Of a stretch of 64,000 nt of DNA, positions 1 through 10,119 are shown in pieces. Location: assembly GCA_934098745.1 (NCBI GenBank), contig CAKOPG010000001.1, positions 36,441-100,440 of the forward strand. The letters run 5' to 3'. The notes under the pieces were generated by a model that saw nothing but the letters and a program-made list of their open reading frames with translations, was not told the origin of the DNA and made no database searches. This DNA is from an uncultured Bacilli bacterium (lineage in GTDB: Bacteria > Bacillota_I > Bacilli_A > RF39 > UBA660). A program made the position numbers and the translations under genes. Position 1 is the stretch's first letter, and each line of letters opens with the position of its first letter.

Positions 1-2
1 TT

Positions 3-602
3 AATATTATTGCTGATACATTACTTAGCAATAGTGATGTTAAAACAATTGAAGAGGCTAATAAATTAATGCATGATGGTAAAACTATTGAAGAGTTAGT
101 TATTGAGAAAACTTCTACGATTGGAGAAAAGTTATCTTTTAGAAGATTTCAAATAGTAGAGAAAGAAGATAGTCAAGTATTTGGAACTTATTCACATATG
201 GGTGGTAAGATTGTAGCCCTTTGTGTTCTTAGTAAAGATACTGAAGTTGCTAAAGATATAGCTATGCAAATAGCAGCAATGAAACCAATATATTTGAATA
301 GAGATGAAGTTCCTTCAGATGTTTTAGAAAAAGAGAAGACTATTCTTACAGAACAAGCTGAAAATGAAGGATTAGATGCTACAAAGATTCCAATGATTGT
401 TAATGGAAGAATTAATAAATACTATGAAGAAGTTTGTTTAGTAGATCAAGGATTTATTAAAGAAAATAAGATGAAAGTTAACAAATATGTAGAGTCTAAA
501 GGTACAGAAATAGTTTCATTTGTTAGATATGAAGTTGGCGAAGGAATGGAAAAAAGAGAAGAAAACTTTGCTGATGAAGTAATGAAACAAATTAATGGAT
601 AA
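3..602 (+). CDS. tsf: Translation elongation factor Ts, C-terminal portion; 5' end lies upstream of the window
   Basis: The frame is open from base 3. The translation (NIIADTLLSNSDVKTIEEA...KIVALCVL...VNGRINKYYEEVCLVDQ) matches the EF-Ts dimerisation/core region. The ORF-track start at 69 is an internal Met. Confidence 0.85.
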   Translation, partial: NIIADTLLSNSDVKTIEEANKLMHDGKTIEELVIEKTSTIGEKLSFRRFQIVEKEDSQVFGTYSHMGGKIVALCVLSKDTEVAKDIAMQIAAMKPIYLNRDEVPSDVLEKEKTILTEQAENEGLDATKIPMIVNGRINKYYEEVCLVDQGFIKENKMKVNKYVESKGTEIVSFVRYEVGEGMEKREENFADEVMKQING

Positions 603-612
603 TAATATAGAC

Positions 613-646
613 ACTAGGAATGTAAAATTCTAGTGTTTTTCTTTAC
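613..646 (+). terminator. Rho-independent terminator after tsf
   Basis: Stem acactag/ctagtgt with a 12-nt loop, followed by ttttctttac. Confidence 0.5.
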
Positions 647-688
647 TTTGAGATAAACTCCGCGTAAAATAGAAATAGAGGTAGTAAA

Positions 689-967
689 ATGGAAATAAAA
701 AAAGTAGAGAAGACTAAACTTAATGATGTAACGTTAGCTCTTTGTAAAAGATTAGATATCTATAAAGATAGTGTTAAGAGAGATATGACTAAAGGTGATA
801 CTAAAGTAATGGCAGGAGTAGAATTAGTACAAGAATTTATAAGAGAAATTAATCCTTGTATATTAGAAGAGAAAATAAGTTATGATTCAGAATTTATGTT
901 AGATAATTATAGAAAATTAAAAGAAGGCAAAATGCAGTGTATTGTTATATGGTATTTTGCAATCTAA
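689..967 (+). CDS. Hypothetical protein, 92 aa
   Basis: ORF only; no recognisable motif and an unusual hydrophobic C-terminus (QCIVIWYFAI). Confidence 0.3.
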   Translation: MEIKKVEKTKLNDVTLALCKRLDIYKDSVKRDMTKGDTKVMAGVELVQEFIREINPCILEEKISYDSEFMLDNYRKLKEGKMQCIVIWYFAI

Positions 968-1166
968 ATGGATATTAACTAACTATATTCATCGTATGCT
1001 AAGTAATCAGGATATGAATATAGTGAAAGTAAAAAGAAAATTAAATAATATTTGAAATATATAGTTATTCATGATAGAATATGGCATGAAGATGGGAAAA
1101 TAGGGTATATACAGGTATATTATAAATATGTTATTATAGTATAACCATCTTGTGAGGGGAAGTAGT

Positions 1167-2993
1167 ATGAGAAAAGAAGATTTAATTAAATTAAAAGAAA
1201 AGATTAATGATTTATCAAAGAGAAAAGAAACAGGGTATCCAAGTATTGACAAGACACATATGAAAGGAACAACATTATTTGAAAGACATCCAATTATTCC
1301 ATCAATGACTTTTTCTCAAATACTAGACTTAATGTTTATGTTGCAGGGAAATCATAATATAGTAGATTGTTTGGATTTGAGAGTGGATGTAAATGATTTT
1401 AAAAAAGATAGTTTGATAGTAGCTAAAGCATTACTTGAATTGGGAGTAAAGCCTAAAGATATTATTACGGTATCTATGCCTAATTATTATCAAGCTATTC
1501 CGGTATTTAAAGCTGCTAATATGATTGGGGCTACAGTTACATATTTGAATCCACTTGCTTCAATTGAAGAAACTAAAAGATATTTAAACTTATATGAATC
1601 GCAAATATTTATAAATACTGATAATATGAGTATTTACAATGAAGATATAAAAAGAGACACTAAAGTTAAACATATTATTACTATGAGAGAAAAATTAAGA
1701 AATAATAGAGACTTTAATCAAGATAATGGTTATAGTATAGGTAATAATGATAATGTAGATTTTCATGAATTAGAGAGAGTTGGAAGTTATCAAAAGGGAA
1801 GAGTTGGAAAGAGTTTTGGAGGAAAACAAGATGCATTAATATTGTACACTAGTGGATCTACTGGTAAAGCTAAGAGTTTACTTTTTACAAATGAAAATTT
1901 AATTGCTTCTTGTATATATCTAAAAAATTCTACCCATGTTCTTAAAGTTACTCCTGATGATTCTCGTTGGATGAATGTAGTACCATTTATGTATCCATAT
2001 GGATTTGGAGCTTCAGTATTACAAACATTTTTGAGTGGTAGAGAAGTAATTTTAACACCTAATCTAAGTCCTGATAATATTGCTTACTATTATAGTAAAA
2101 ATCCACATTTAGTATTTGGCAGTCCAGCTCATTTAGAACTTACAAAGAGAAATTTACCAAAAGATCAAAAACTTCCTGGTCTTAAAATATATTTGTCAGG
2201 TGGAGATTACTTGTCAGTTAATCAATCACATGCTGCAATTGAGTTTTTTAAAGAACATGGAGCAAATGCTACGATTAGTAATTCTTCAGGTACTGGTGAA
2301 ACTTTAGGCTGTAGTACTAATGCAATGAATGTACCATATCGTCCTGAAACAGTAGGACAATTAGTAGTTGGTCCAAAATATTTAATAGTTAATCCAGATA
2401 CAATGGAAGAAGTAAAATATGGAGAGACTGGAGTTTTATGTACTTCAGGTAAACATGTATTTAAGGGATATTATGGAGAACCTGAAAAAACTGAAGAAGT
2501 AATGACAACAATTAATGGAAAAAGATATTATAAGACTGGTAATATTGGATATTTAGATGAAGATAGATATTTTACTCTTATAGGTAGATCTTCTAGATTC
2601 TTTATTATAAATACTTTAAATAAAGTATATTGTGAATTGGTACAACTAGTGGTTTCTAATATAGATATAGTTGATAGTTGTGCTATTGTTCCTAAACCTA
2701 ATGATGATAGTTTATATAAATGTAAAGCTTATGTAGTACTTAAAGATGGAGTAATGCCTACTAAAGAAGTAGAAGAATATATAATTAATAAATGTCATGA
2801 AACATTTTATGATATAACTACACAAGAAAGTATTACTTTGAAAGACTATGAAATACCTGAATCAGTTAGCTTTTTAGATACTTTACCTAGAACAGAAGTT
2901 GCTGAAAAGATTAATTATGAATTGCTTAAAAAGATGGCTTCGGAAGAATATGAGAAAGAGAAAAATATTAAAATAAGAAAATTAGAAAAATAG
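1167..2993 (+). CDS. AMP-dependent synthetase/ligase (ANL adenylate-forming enzyme)
   Basis: A3 motif LILYTSGSTGKAKS; A8-like YKTGNIGYLDEDRYFTLIGRSSRF. RBS GAGGGGA lies 7 nt upstream of ATG 1167. The ORF-track start at 1152 is an upstream GTG. Confidence 0.8.
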   Translation: MRKEDLIKLKEKINDLSKRKETGYPSIDKTHMKGTTLFERHPIIPSMTFSQILDLMFMLQGNHNIVDCLDLRVDVNDFKKDSLIVAKALLELGVKPKDIITVSMPNYYQAIPVFKAANMIGATVTYLNPLASIEETKRYLNLYESQIFINTDNMSIYNEDIKRDTKVKHIITMREKLRNNRDFNQDNGYSIGNNDNVDFHELERVGSYQKGRVGKSFGGKQDALILYTSGSTGKAKSLLFTNENLIASCIYLKNSTHVLKVTPDDSRWMNVVPFMYPYGFGASVLQTFLSGREVILTPNLSPDNIAYYYSKNPHLVFGSPAHLELTKRNLPKDQKLPGLKIYLSGGDYLSVNQSHAAIEFFKEHGANATISNSSGTGETLGCSTNAMNVPYRPETVGQLVVGPKYLIVNPDTMEEVKYGETGVLCTSGKHVFKGYYGEPEKTEEVMTTINGKRYYKTGNIGYLDEDRYFTLIGRSSRFFIINTLNKVYCELVQLVVSNIDIVDSCAIVPKPNDDSLYKCKAYVVLKDGVMPTKEVEEYIINKCHETFYDITTQESITLKDYEIPESVSFLDTLPRTEVAEKINYELLKKMASEEYEKEKNIKIRKLEK

Positions 2994-2996
2994 TTT

Positions 2997-3027
2997 AGAG
3001 AATAACAGTAGTTTATTCTCTTTTTTT
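2997..3027 (+). terminator. Rho-independent terminator
   Basis: agagaataa-cagtagt-ttattctct followed by T7. Confidence 0.55.
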
Positions 3028-3066
3028 GAGTATTATGATATAATCAATTTATATGATAGGAGTGAT

Positions 3067-4863
3067 ATGATGGCTAGTGGTATTTATTTTCCAATAGCGG
3101 CTTTGGGTTTTGCATTGTTGACAGTTATTACATTTTATGTTAAAAAGCCGATTAAATCAATGGAAACAAGAATATATAAATACTTGATGGTTTCTAATCT
3201 TTTGGGATTGGTATTAGAACTTGATTGTACATTTGCATCTTATATTAGTAATACATTACCAAAAGTTAGTGATTTTATTTTGAAAACTTATTTGGTGTAT
3301 AATTTAATATGGACATTAATTCTTACTATATATGTTTTATATATATCAGTCAATATTAATGTACTTAGTAAGTATAAAAATAATTTAAAATTTCTTATAG
3401 GATTGATATCAGTAGTTAGTATTTATTTTATATATCATTTGGAATGCATTTTAGTAATACAAGATAATTTTAGAGTTAGATATACTGAAGGGCCTAGTGT
3501 TAATTTTACTTATACAATATGTGGTGTTTTGATATTTATAATAGTTTTATTAATGTTTATAAATAGAAAAAATTTAAGTAATAAAAGATATATACCTATT
3601 TTTATATTTTTAGTTGCAATAGTTTTGGGAATTATTATTCAAAAAAATATTCCTGGATTATTGATTATGACTTATGTTGAAACACTTACTGTAGCTATTA
3701 TGTACCATACGATAGAGAATCCAGATATGAAACTACTTAAAGAAATGCATGAAGCTAAAGAGATAAGTGATAATGCTAATGAAGAGAAGACTTTGTTTTT
3801 ATATAATATGACACAAGAGATTAGAGCTACTACTAAGAATATTGATAATGAAGCAGATAATATAATAGATAGTGATGATATAGAATTTGATAGAGATAGT
3901 GCTAGGAATATTAAGGGAGAGACTTCTAAATTTAGAATGATGACGAATGATATCTTAGATGTATCAGCAATAGATTCGGCTAATATTAAGATATATAATA
4001 GTAGTTATAATTTAAAGTTATTACTTAGGAGTATTATAAGTAATTATACGGAAATTTGTAAGAATAAGAATTTAGAATTTAGAACTAATATAGAACATAA
4101 TATACCAGAATCTTTATATGGAGATAGTATAAATTTAAAGAAAGTAATTAGTCAGTTACTTACATATTGTGTTAAGGATACTAGTAAGGGATATGTAGAA
4201 TTTGATATTAATACAATTATTAAAGGTGATATAGTAAGATTAATAATTACGATAGAAGACTCTAGTATGGGGATTAAGAGTAGTGATTTAGAACAGATAA
4301 AAGTAGATGATAAGAATATATCTGAAAGTTATAAATTAATAACACTTATGAATGGAGCTATGGTAATAACTTCTAATTATGGTATTGGTAATAAAATAAA
4401 TATTATTCTTGATCAAAAGATAAATAAGAATAATAATAAAGATAAAAAGAAATATCAAGAAATATATGATAATAAGAAGATATTAGTAATAGATAATAGT
4501 GAATCTAGTATAAAAATAGTAGAGAAGTTACTTAAGAATAGTAATATAGAAATAGATTATTCATTAAATGGGAAAGATGCTTATAAAAAGATTGTTACTA
4601 AGAATAGATATGATTTAATATTATTAGATGAAGAACTCAATACCATTACTGGAGAAGAAATGCTTGAGAATCTTAAGAAAATAAGAAATTTTAATATACC
4701 AGTAATCTTACTAAGTAAAGATAATAAGTATGAATATAATGAAGAATATATTAAGATGGGCTTTAGTGATATATTGATTAAACCTATTAAGAAGGAAGTA
4801 TTATTAGAAAAGATAGATAAGAATATTATTAAGAGAGAGGATATATTTAGTGATAAGAAATAA
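3067..4863 (+). CDS. Polytopic membrane protein with a histidine-kinase-like (HisKA/HATPase-like) region and a C-terminal response-regulator receiver domain; hybrid sensor-kinase-like
   Basis: About 6 N-terminal TM helices. Dimerisation-like segment LFLYNMTQEIRATTKN. ATPase-like segment QLLTYCVKDT...DSSMGI...NYGIGNK. REC segment KILVIDNSE...DLILLDEEL...ILIKP. Confidence 0.6.
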   Translation: MMASGIYFPIAALGFALLTVITFYVKKPIKSMETRIYKYLMVSNLLGLVLELDCTFASYISNTLPKVSDFILKTYLVYNLIWTLILTIYVLYISVNINVLSKYKNNLKFLIGLISVVSIYFIYHLECILVIQDNFRVRYTEGPSVNFTYTICGVLIFIIVLLMFINRKNLSNKRYIPIFIFLVAIVLGIIIQKNIPGLLIMTYVETLTVAIMYHTIENPDMKLLKEMHEAKEISDNANEEKTLFLYNMTQEIRATTKNIDNEADNIIDSDDIEFDRDSARNIKGETSKFRMMTNDILDVSAIDSANIKIYNSSYNLKLLLRSIISNYTEICKNKNLEFRTNIEHNIPESLYGDSINLKKVISQLLTYCVKDTSKGYVEFDINTIIKGDIVRLIITIEDSSMGIKSSDLEQIKVDDKNISESYKLITLMNGAMVITSNYGIGNKINIILDQKINKNNNKDKKKYQEIYDNKKILVIDNSESSIKIVEKLLKNSNIEIDYSLNGKDAYKKIVTKNRYDLILLDEELNTITGEEMLENLKKIRNFNIPVILLSKDNKYEYNEEYIKMGFSDILIKPIKKEVLLEKIDKNIIKREDIFSDKK

Positions 4864-4875
4864 TCCAGGAAGGTT

Positions 4876-5517
4876 ATGATGGAATTAGAAGTTAGATATT
4901 ATTATAATAATGAAAAGTATGATGAATTAGCGAAATTGATTAAAGATAGGACTAGTCTTTTGGATAAGGGAGAATTTTATGAGAAGACTATTCAATATAA
5001 TCATCCGATGAAAGAATATGATTTTTATTCTAAAGAGATAGATGGAAGATTTAGAATTAGAATTACTAAAGGAAAAGATGATAGTAAATGTATGATATCT
5101 TGGAAGAAGAGAATGGGAGAAGTAAAACAAGATGATATTAATCAAGAGGAGGAAATAGAAGTTGGTATTAATAGTCAAGATTATAATAATTTGATAAAGT
5201 TAGTTAGTGATACACTTCATATGGTAAGAGTAGAAAGTTATGAGAGATATCGTCATGTATTTAAAAATGATGAAGTAGAGGTAGTAATAGATAGATATCC
5301 ATTTGGTATTTGTTTAGAGGTAGAAAATAAAATAGATAGTGATGATATTGATATGATTAAAGATAATGTTAAGAAATGGGTATCAATGTTAGGACTTAGA
5401 ATAGAAGACTCTTATAAGTTATCTTGGGATGATAAATATAGTGAATTATGCAAGGAACAGGGAAAGACTATATATAGTGACGTATTATTTAATAAAGATA
5501 TGCCAGAAGTGAAATAA
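4876..5517 (+). CDS. CYTH-like domain protein (triphosphate tunnel metalloenzyme / class IV adenylate cyclase-like)
   Basis: N-terminal MMELEVRYYY resembles the CYTH EIE(R/V)K(F/Y) opening. Size of 213 aa and the charged beta-rich pattern are consistent. Assignment is tentative. Confidence 0.4.
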   Translation: MMELEVRYYYNNEKYDELAKLIKDRTSLLDKGEFYEKTIQYNHPMKEYDFYSKEIDGRFRIRITKGKDDSKCMISWKKRMGEVKQDDINQEEEIEVGINSQDYNNLIKLVSDTLHMVRVESYERYRHVFKNDEVEVVIDRYPFGICLEVENKIDSDDIDMIKDNVKKWVSMLGLRIEDSYKLSWDDKYSELCKEQGKTIYSDVLFNKDMPEVK

Positions 5518-5559
5518 ATACTAGACAAACTATAAAAAAAGTTATATAATAATTTGCGA

Positions 5560-5767
5560 ATCAAGAAAAACTATGATTAGGATACGATTATATTATTAGA
5601 TTTAGAGAGAGTTAGTGGGTGGTGGAAACTAATATGAAGATGATATGATTACTACCTAGGAGTTGCTACTGAAAAGATAGCCGGGATATAATCTCGTTAA
5701 TTAAATTAAGACCAAATTAGGATGGTACCGTGTTTATATACACTCCTTATAAGGGGAGTGTTTTTTA
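5560..5767 (+). promoter_or_regulatory. T-box leader (Thr specifier) with intrinsic terminator, upstream of thrS
   Basis: AGAGA element at 5606-5611. Candidate specifier ACU/ACC in gattACUACCtagg. T-box sequence aaattaggatggtaccgtg at 5714-5732. Terminator cactcc...ggagtg plus T6 at 5741-5766. Confidence 0.7.
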
Positions 5768-5782
5768 GTTATATGAAGGAGA

Positions 5783-7552
5783 GTGAATGATATGATAAAT
5801 ATTAAGGAAAATGAAAAATTAAGTAAAATGAATCATAGTTGTGCACATTTGTTGGCACAAGCGGTAAAGCATCTATACCCACAAGCAATGTTTTGGGTAG
5901 GACCAGTAATAGAAGAAGGCTTCTATTACGATATTGATTTAGGTGATACGGTAATAACAATAGATGATTTAGAAAAAATTGAGAAGGAAATGAAGAAAAT
6001 TAGTAAGGATGGAAAAAGGATAGTTCGTCATGAATTATCTAAAGAAGAGGCTCTTGATATGTTTAAAAATGATCCTTATAAGATTGATTTGATTTCGAGA
6101 ATGGATGAAAATGAAACAGTAATTAGTTGTTATACGCAGGGCGATTTTACGGATTTATGTCGTGGTCCTCATGTAGATAGTGTAAAAGAACTTAAATATT
6201 TTAAATTGCTTAAGGTAAGTGGAGCTTACTGGAAGGGTGATGCTAAAAATAAGATGCTTCAGAGAATTTATGGAGTATGTTTTGAAAATCAGGAGGATTT
6301 GGATAATTGTTTAAAAGAAATAGAAGAGGCTAAAGCAAGAGATCATAGAAAGATAGGCAAAGAATTAGATATTTTTATGTCACATGATTTAGTTGGTAAG
6401 GGAATGCCTTTATGGCTTCCTAATGGAGCAATTATTCGTAAGCAACTGGAGAATTATATTTATGAAAAAGAACAAAAATTAGGATATTTACATGTTTATA
6501 CTCCTTGTGTTGGAACTGTTGATTTATATAAAACTTCTGGACATTGGGAACATTATAAAGATAATATGTTTCCTTCAATGAAGGTAGATGACGAAGAATT
6601 TGTACTTCGTCCAATGAATTGTCCACATCATATGTTGGTATATGGTAATAAATTACATTCTTATCGTGATTTACCAATTAGAATTGGCGAATTTGCTGCG
6701 GATTTTAGATATGAAGCAAGTGGAGCAGTAAAAGGTCTTGAAAGAGTAAGGTGTATGTGTCAAAATGATGCACATTTATTTGTTAGACCGGATCAAATTG
6801 GTGATGAATTTAAAAAAGTAGTATCTTTGATATTAGATGTTTATAAGGATTTTGGTATTAAGAATTATAAGTTTAGATTATCATTAAGAGATCCTATGGA
6901 TAAGGAAAAATATTTTGATGATGATGATATGTGGAATGAAGCGGAAGCAAAACTTCGTGAGGTATTAAATAGTTTAGGTTGTGACTATTATGAAGCTATT
7001 GGAGAAGCAGCATTTTATGGACCTAAGTTGGACGTAGAGGTAAAACCAGCTGTCGGACCTGAAGTAACTTTATCAACTTGTCAACTTGATTTCTTGTTAC
7101 CTAGAAGATTTGAATTATCATATATTGATAAAGATGGTAATAAGCAAATACCAGTAGTAATTCATAGGGCTATACTTGGTACTTTTGATAGATTTACGGC
7201 ATTTATTATTGAAGAGACTAAGGGAGCATTTCCTACATGGCTTAGTCCTGTTCAGGTAAATATTATTCCGGTTAATAATGAATATCATTTAGATTATGCT
7301 CATGAAGTAGATGAAGAATTTAAGGAATTAAATTTACGTACTGAGGTAGATGCTAGAGATGAAAAGCTTGGTTATAAGATAAGAGAAAGTCAAACAAAGA
7401 AAATTCCTTATACGTTGGTTCTTGGGGATAAGGAAAAAGAAGAAAATAAAGTAACTTATCGTAAATTTGGTTCTACAGAATTGGTGACTTTAGGTAAAAA
7501 TGAGTTTATTAAGATGATTCAAGAAGAAATAAAGAACAAAAGAGCATATTAA
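5783..7552 (+). CDS. thrS: Threonine--tRNA ligase (lacks the N-terminal TGS domain)
   Basis: [11 protein letters not shown] editing-domain motif. Class II catalytic core (FRxE-like RYEASGA, GPKLDVE). RBS AGGAGAG. Confidence 0.9.
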   Translation: MNDMINIKENEKLSKMNHSCAHLLAQAVKHLYPQAMFWVGPVIEEGFYYDIDLGDTVITIDDLEKIEKEMKKISKDGKRIVRHELSKEEALDMFKNDPYKIDLISRMDENETVISCYTQGDFTDLCRGPHVDSVKELKYFKLLKVSGAYWKGDAKNKMLQRIYGVCFENQEDLDNCLKEIEEAKARDHRKIGKELDIFMSHDLVGKGMPLWLPNGAIIRKQLENYIYEKEQKLGYLHVYTPCVGTVDLYKTSGHWEHYKDNMFPSMKVDDEEFVLRPMNCPHHMLVYGNKLHSYRDLPIRIGEFAADFRYEASGAVKGLERVRCMCQNDAHLFVRPDQIGDEFKKVVSLILDVYKDFGIKNYKFRLSLRDPMDKEKYFDDDDMWNEAEAKLREVLNSLGCDYYEAIGEAAFYGPKLDVEVKPAVGPEVTLSTCQLDFLLPRRFELSYIDKDGNKQIPVVIHRAILGTFDRFTAFIIEETKGAFPTWLSPVQVNIIPVNNEYHLDYAHEVDEEFKELNLRTEVDARDEKLGYKIRESQTKKIPYTLVLGDKEKEENKVTYRKFGSTELVTLGKNEFIKMIQEEIKNKRAY

Positions 7553-7562
7553 TGCTCTTTTT
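7541..7562 (+). terminator. Rho-independent terminator overlapping the thrS stop
   Basis: agagcat-atta-atgctct followed by tttt. Confidence 0.55.
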
Positions 7563-7715
7563 AAATGTAAAATTAATGTCAAGTATATAGAAAAACAAAA
7601 AGAATATGCTATAATTAATTTGAATGATAGTGATAGTAATGTGGCTATCATGAGGAGGTGCTTTATCAGGGGAACTAAATTAAAAGTACACAATAAATAG
7701 AAAAGGAAGGTAGAA

Positions 7716-10058
7716 ATGAAAAAGATTCAAGAAAAATTAAGTAAGTTTACTAAGATTCTTCTAATTCTTGGATTATTATTTACTAATTTAATGCCTTTAT
7801 CAATGGTTTTTGCTTATGAAAAAACTGATGATTTTGTATTAGAATTACTTGATAATAATAAAATAAAGATTTCTGGATTGGAAGATTTATTAGTAGATGA
7901 AGAAAATAATGAAGCGACATTAACGCTTAAAGAAAATTATACTTATTTAGATGGTGAAACAGCAACAAAAGAACCACTAGTAAGTACTAAAGATGTTACG
8001 CTTGGAGAAATTAAGAATTCTGTAGTAATGGATACGCAAATACTTAGTTCAGTAGAGTTTGATGGATTATATGAAGCAAGTGTTTCGCTATTTGATAATA
8101 CTTCAGCAAAAGAATTAGGTACGGTAACATTATCTAAAGATATAAAATTTGCTAGAGGATTAAGTTATAAGTTATATGATAGTGAAGGAATAGAAATTGT
8201 AGAGAATGATGGTATATACAATATTACATCTTCTGTAGATGTTAAAGCTAGACTATTATTAGGTGGTTATGCTCCAAGTAGTAAATTTACTTATGAAGGA
8301 GTAGAATATACGGCTAGTGATTTACTAGAAAAAGAATTTTCATTTACAAGTGAATTTACTGGATTATTATATGGAGAATACAATAAAGTATTTGAAGTAA
8401 CTATGTTAGATGAAAATACTGAAGAAGTCGTATTTAGTAGTGATATCGATTATATGTATTATGAGTATAAGGATAATGCCGAAGTACTTAATACAGTGAT
8501 TGGAACACATTTTACTGATTATATTGGTAGATATGCTTTCTTCGGAAATGAAAAAGATGGAATATTGACAGTTTTAACTGATAATAAGGGATATTCTGTT
8601 TTAGAACTAATTTCTATATTAGATAAGGCTATAGAAAATAATGATAAAATATCTTATGTAATAAGTAATAGTACTAGTAAAGATTTAATGGCTGATTATA
8701 TAGAAGCACTTGATGGTAATCCAGAGCTTAAAATAGAGGAGTACTTTGGTGATATTTTAGTAGATAATTCAACAGTTATATCTTTAACTTCAGATGATTT
8801 AACAATTACTTATAAGTGCATTTTATCAGGTGATTTGAATAATGATAATATTATTAATGAAGATGATTTATTATTACTAATTAATCAAGTTATTGGTAGA
8901 GATGAAGCTAACTTAGAAGTAGGAGACTTAGTTCAAGATGAAGAAATAAATATATATGATGTTTTATATTTTAATCAAGTATTAGAAAATAATGATTGGA
9001 ATGTTTCACTAGAAGAAGAAGAAGTTTCTTTTGAAGCAATACTAAAAAATAATAGTGAAGATATTACTAGTGGAGATGAATTTACGGTTGATTATGTAGT
9101 AACGGTAGATGAATACGCTTTAGGTGGTATTGCTGGAATAATTGATTATGATAAAGATTTATTTGAATTAGTTGATGTTACAGAAAAAGAAGAATTTATT
9201 GGAAATATATATGAAGGTAAGTATTTATATTTAACTAATGATAGTTTAACTGGGACAGTTAATGAAACGGAAGATGGACAAGAAGAAACTACTCCAGAAG
9301 ATTATGTATTGTTAACTTTAACTTTTAAAGCATTAAAAGCTGGTACTGGTAATGTTAGTATTAAAGATAGTGAATACTTTAATGAAAATGTTTATTATGT
9401 TGCTTTAAATAATGATATTTCTTTAGAAGTAACTATTAATAAATCAAGTGATAATACTTTAGAGTCATTAATAGTAGGTGATAAAGTAATTGAATTAGTT
9501 GATGGTACATTAAGTTATGAGGTAAAAGTTAGTAATGATGTAACAAGTGTAGATGTATCAGTTATTGTTAAAAATCCTACAGCGACAGTTTCAGCAGTAA
9601 ATATGCCTTCTTCTTTAGAAGTAGGAGAAAATAAGATTACAATAGTAGTAACCGCTGAAAATGGTGATGAATTAATTTATACAGTTATAGTTGTTAGAGA
9701 AGAAGCTCCACAACCAACACCAACTAATTACCAAGATAATACGACAAATGGTGATGATGATAATATTTCAGATAATGTAGCACCAGTAGAGCCAAAAGAT
9801 GATGATGTGAAAGAACCAGATGAGGAAATTAAGAAAGAAGGTAGTGTTTCTAGAATTATAATTATTATTTTGATTTTACTTGTAATTGCTGGACTTATAT
9901 ATTTAATCTTTAAAGATGATAAAGATGATGAGGAAACAAAACAAGTAAATAAAGATATCGATAAAATGAAAAAAAATCAAGAATTTACCCCAAAGAAAAA
10001 AGAAACCCCTGAAAAAAAGATATCTGGAAATAAAAATAATAATAAAAAAGGAAGATAA
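7716..10058 (+). CDS. Large membrane-anchored surface protein with dockerin-like Ca-binding repeats and a cadherin-like beta-sandwich domain
   Basis: Signal peptide MKKIQEKLSKFTKILLILGLLFTNLMPLSMVFA. GDLNNDNIINEDDLLLLINQVIG and GDLVQDEEINIYDVLYF at about 8821-8965. Cadherin-like segment NTLESLIVGDKV...ITIVVTAENGDELIYTVIVV at about 9450-9700. C-terminal TM IIIIILILLVIAGLIYLIF plus a lysine-rich tail. No LPXTG. Confidence 0.6.
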   Translation: MKKIQEKLSKFTKILLILGLLFTNLMPLSMVFAYEKTDDFVLELLDNNKIKISGLEDLLVDEENNEATLTLKENYTYLDGETATKEPLVSTKDVTLGEIKNSVVMDTQILSSVEFDGLYEASVSLFDNTSAKELGTVTLSKDIKFARGLSYKLYDSEGIEIVENDGIYNITSSVDVKARLLLGGYAPSSKFTYEGVEYTASDLLEKEFSFTSEFTGLLYGEYNKVFEVTMLDENTEEVVFSSDIDYMYYEYKDNAEVLNTVIGTHFTDYIGRYAFFGNEKDGILTVLTDNKGYSVLELISILDKAIENNDKISYVISNSTSKDLMADYIEALDGNPELKIEEYFGDILVDNSTVISLTSDDLTITYKCILSGDLNNDNIINEDDLLLLINQVIGRDEANLEVGDLVQDEEINIYDVLYFNQVLENNDWNVSLEEEEVSFEAILKNNSEDITSGDEFTVDYVVTVDEYALGGIAGIIDYDKDLFELVDVTEKEEFIGNIYEGKYLYLTNDSLTGTVNETEDGQEETTPEDYVLLTLTFKALKAGTGNVSIKDSEYFNENVYYVALNNDISLEVTINKSSDNTLESLIVGDKVIELVDGTLSYEVKVSNDVTSVDVSVIVKNPTATVSAVNMPSSLEVGENKITIVVTAENGDELIYTVIVVREEAPQPTPTNYQDNTTNGDDDNISDNVAPVEPKDDDVKEPDEEIKKEGSVSRIIIIILILLVIAGLIYLIFKDDKDDEETKQVNKDIDKMKKNQEFTPKKKETPEKKISGNKNNNKKGR

Positions 10059-10119
10059 TTCTTTCTTTTTTTTTATGGTAATGATATAATTATTATGATA
10101 GAAGATAGGGGTGGTAGTT

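Noticed and set aside
1007-1252. Minus-strand 81-aa ORF and the similar short ORFs on the strand opposite or in alternate frames of well-supported genes. These are 4927-5178, 6432-6677, 7490-7693, 15815-16024, 16902-17084, 20545-20871, 22384-22584, 23830-24012, 24592-24780, 24858-25151, 25208-25510, 26430-26681, 30644-30829, 33129-33476, 34295-34480, 39516-39728, 43337-43537, 44450-44635, 45038-45271, 45265-45462, 48726-48926, 50147-50410, 50738-50968, 55750-55944 and 56304-56492.
   Set aside because: They are embedded in, or antisense to, genes with strong motif support (EF-G, EF-Tu, ThrRS, AspRS and others). Their low-complexity I/L/F/N-rich translations are typical of AT-rich antisense frames, and none has an RBS.
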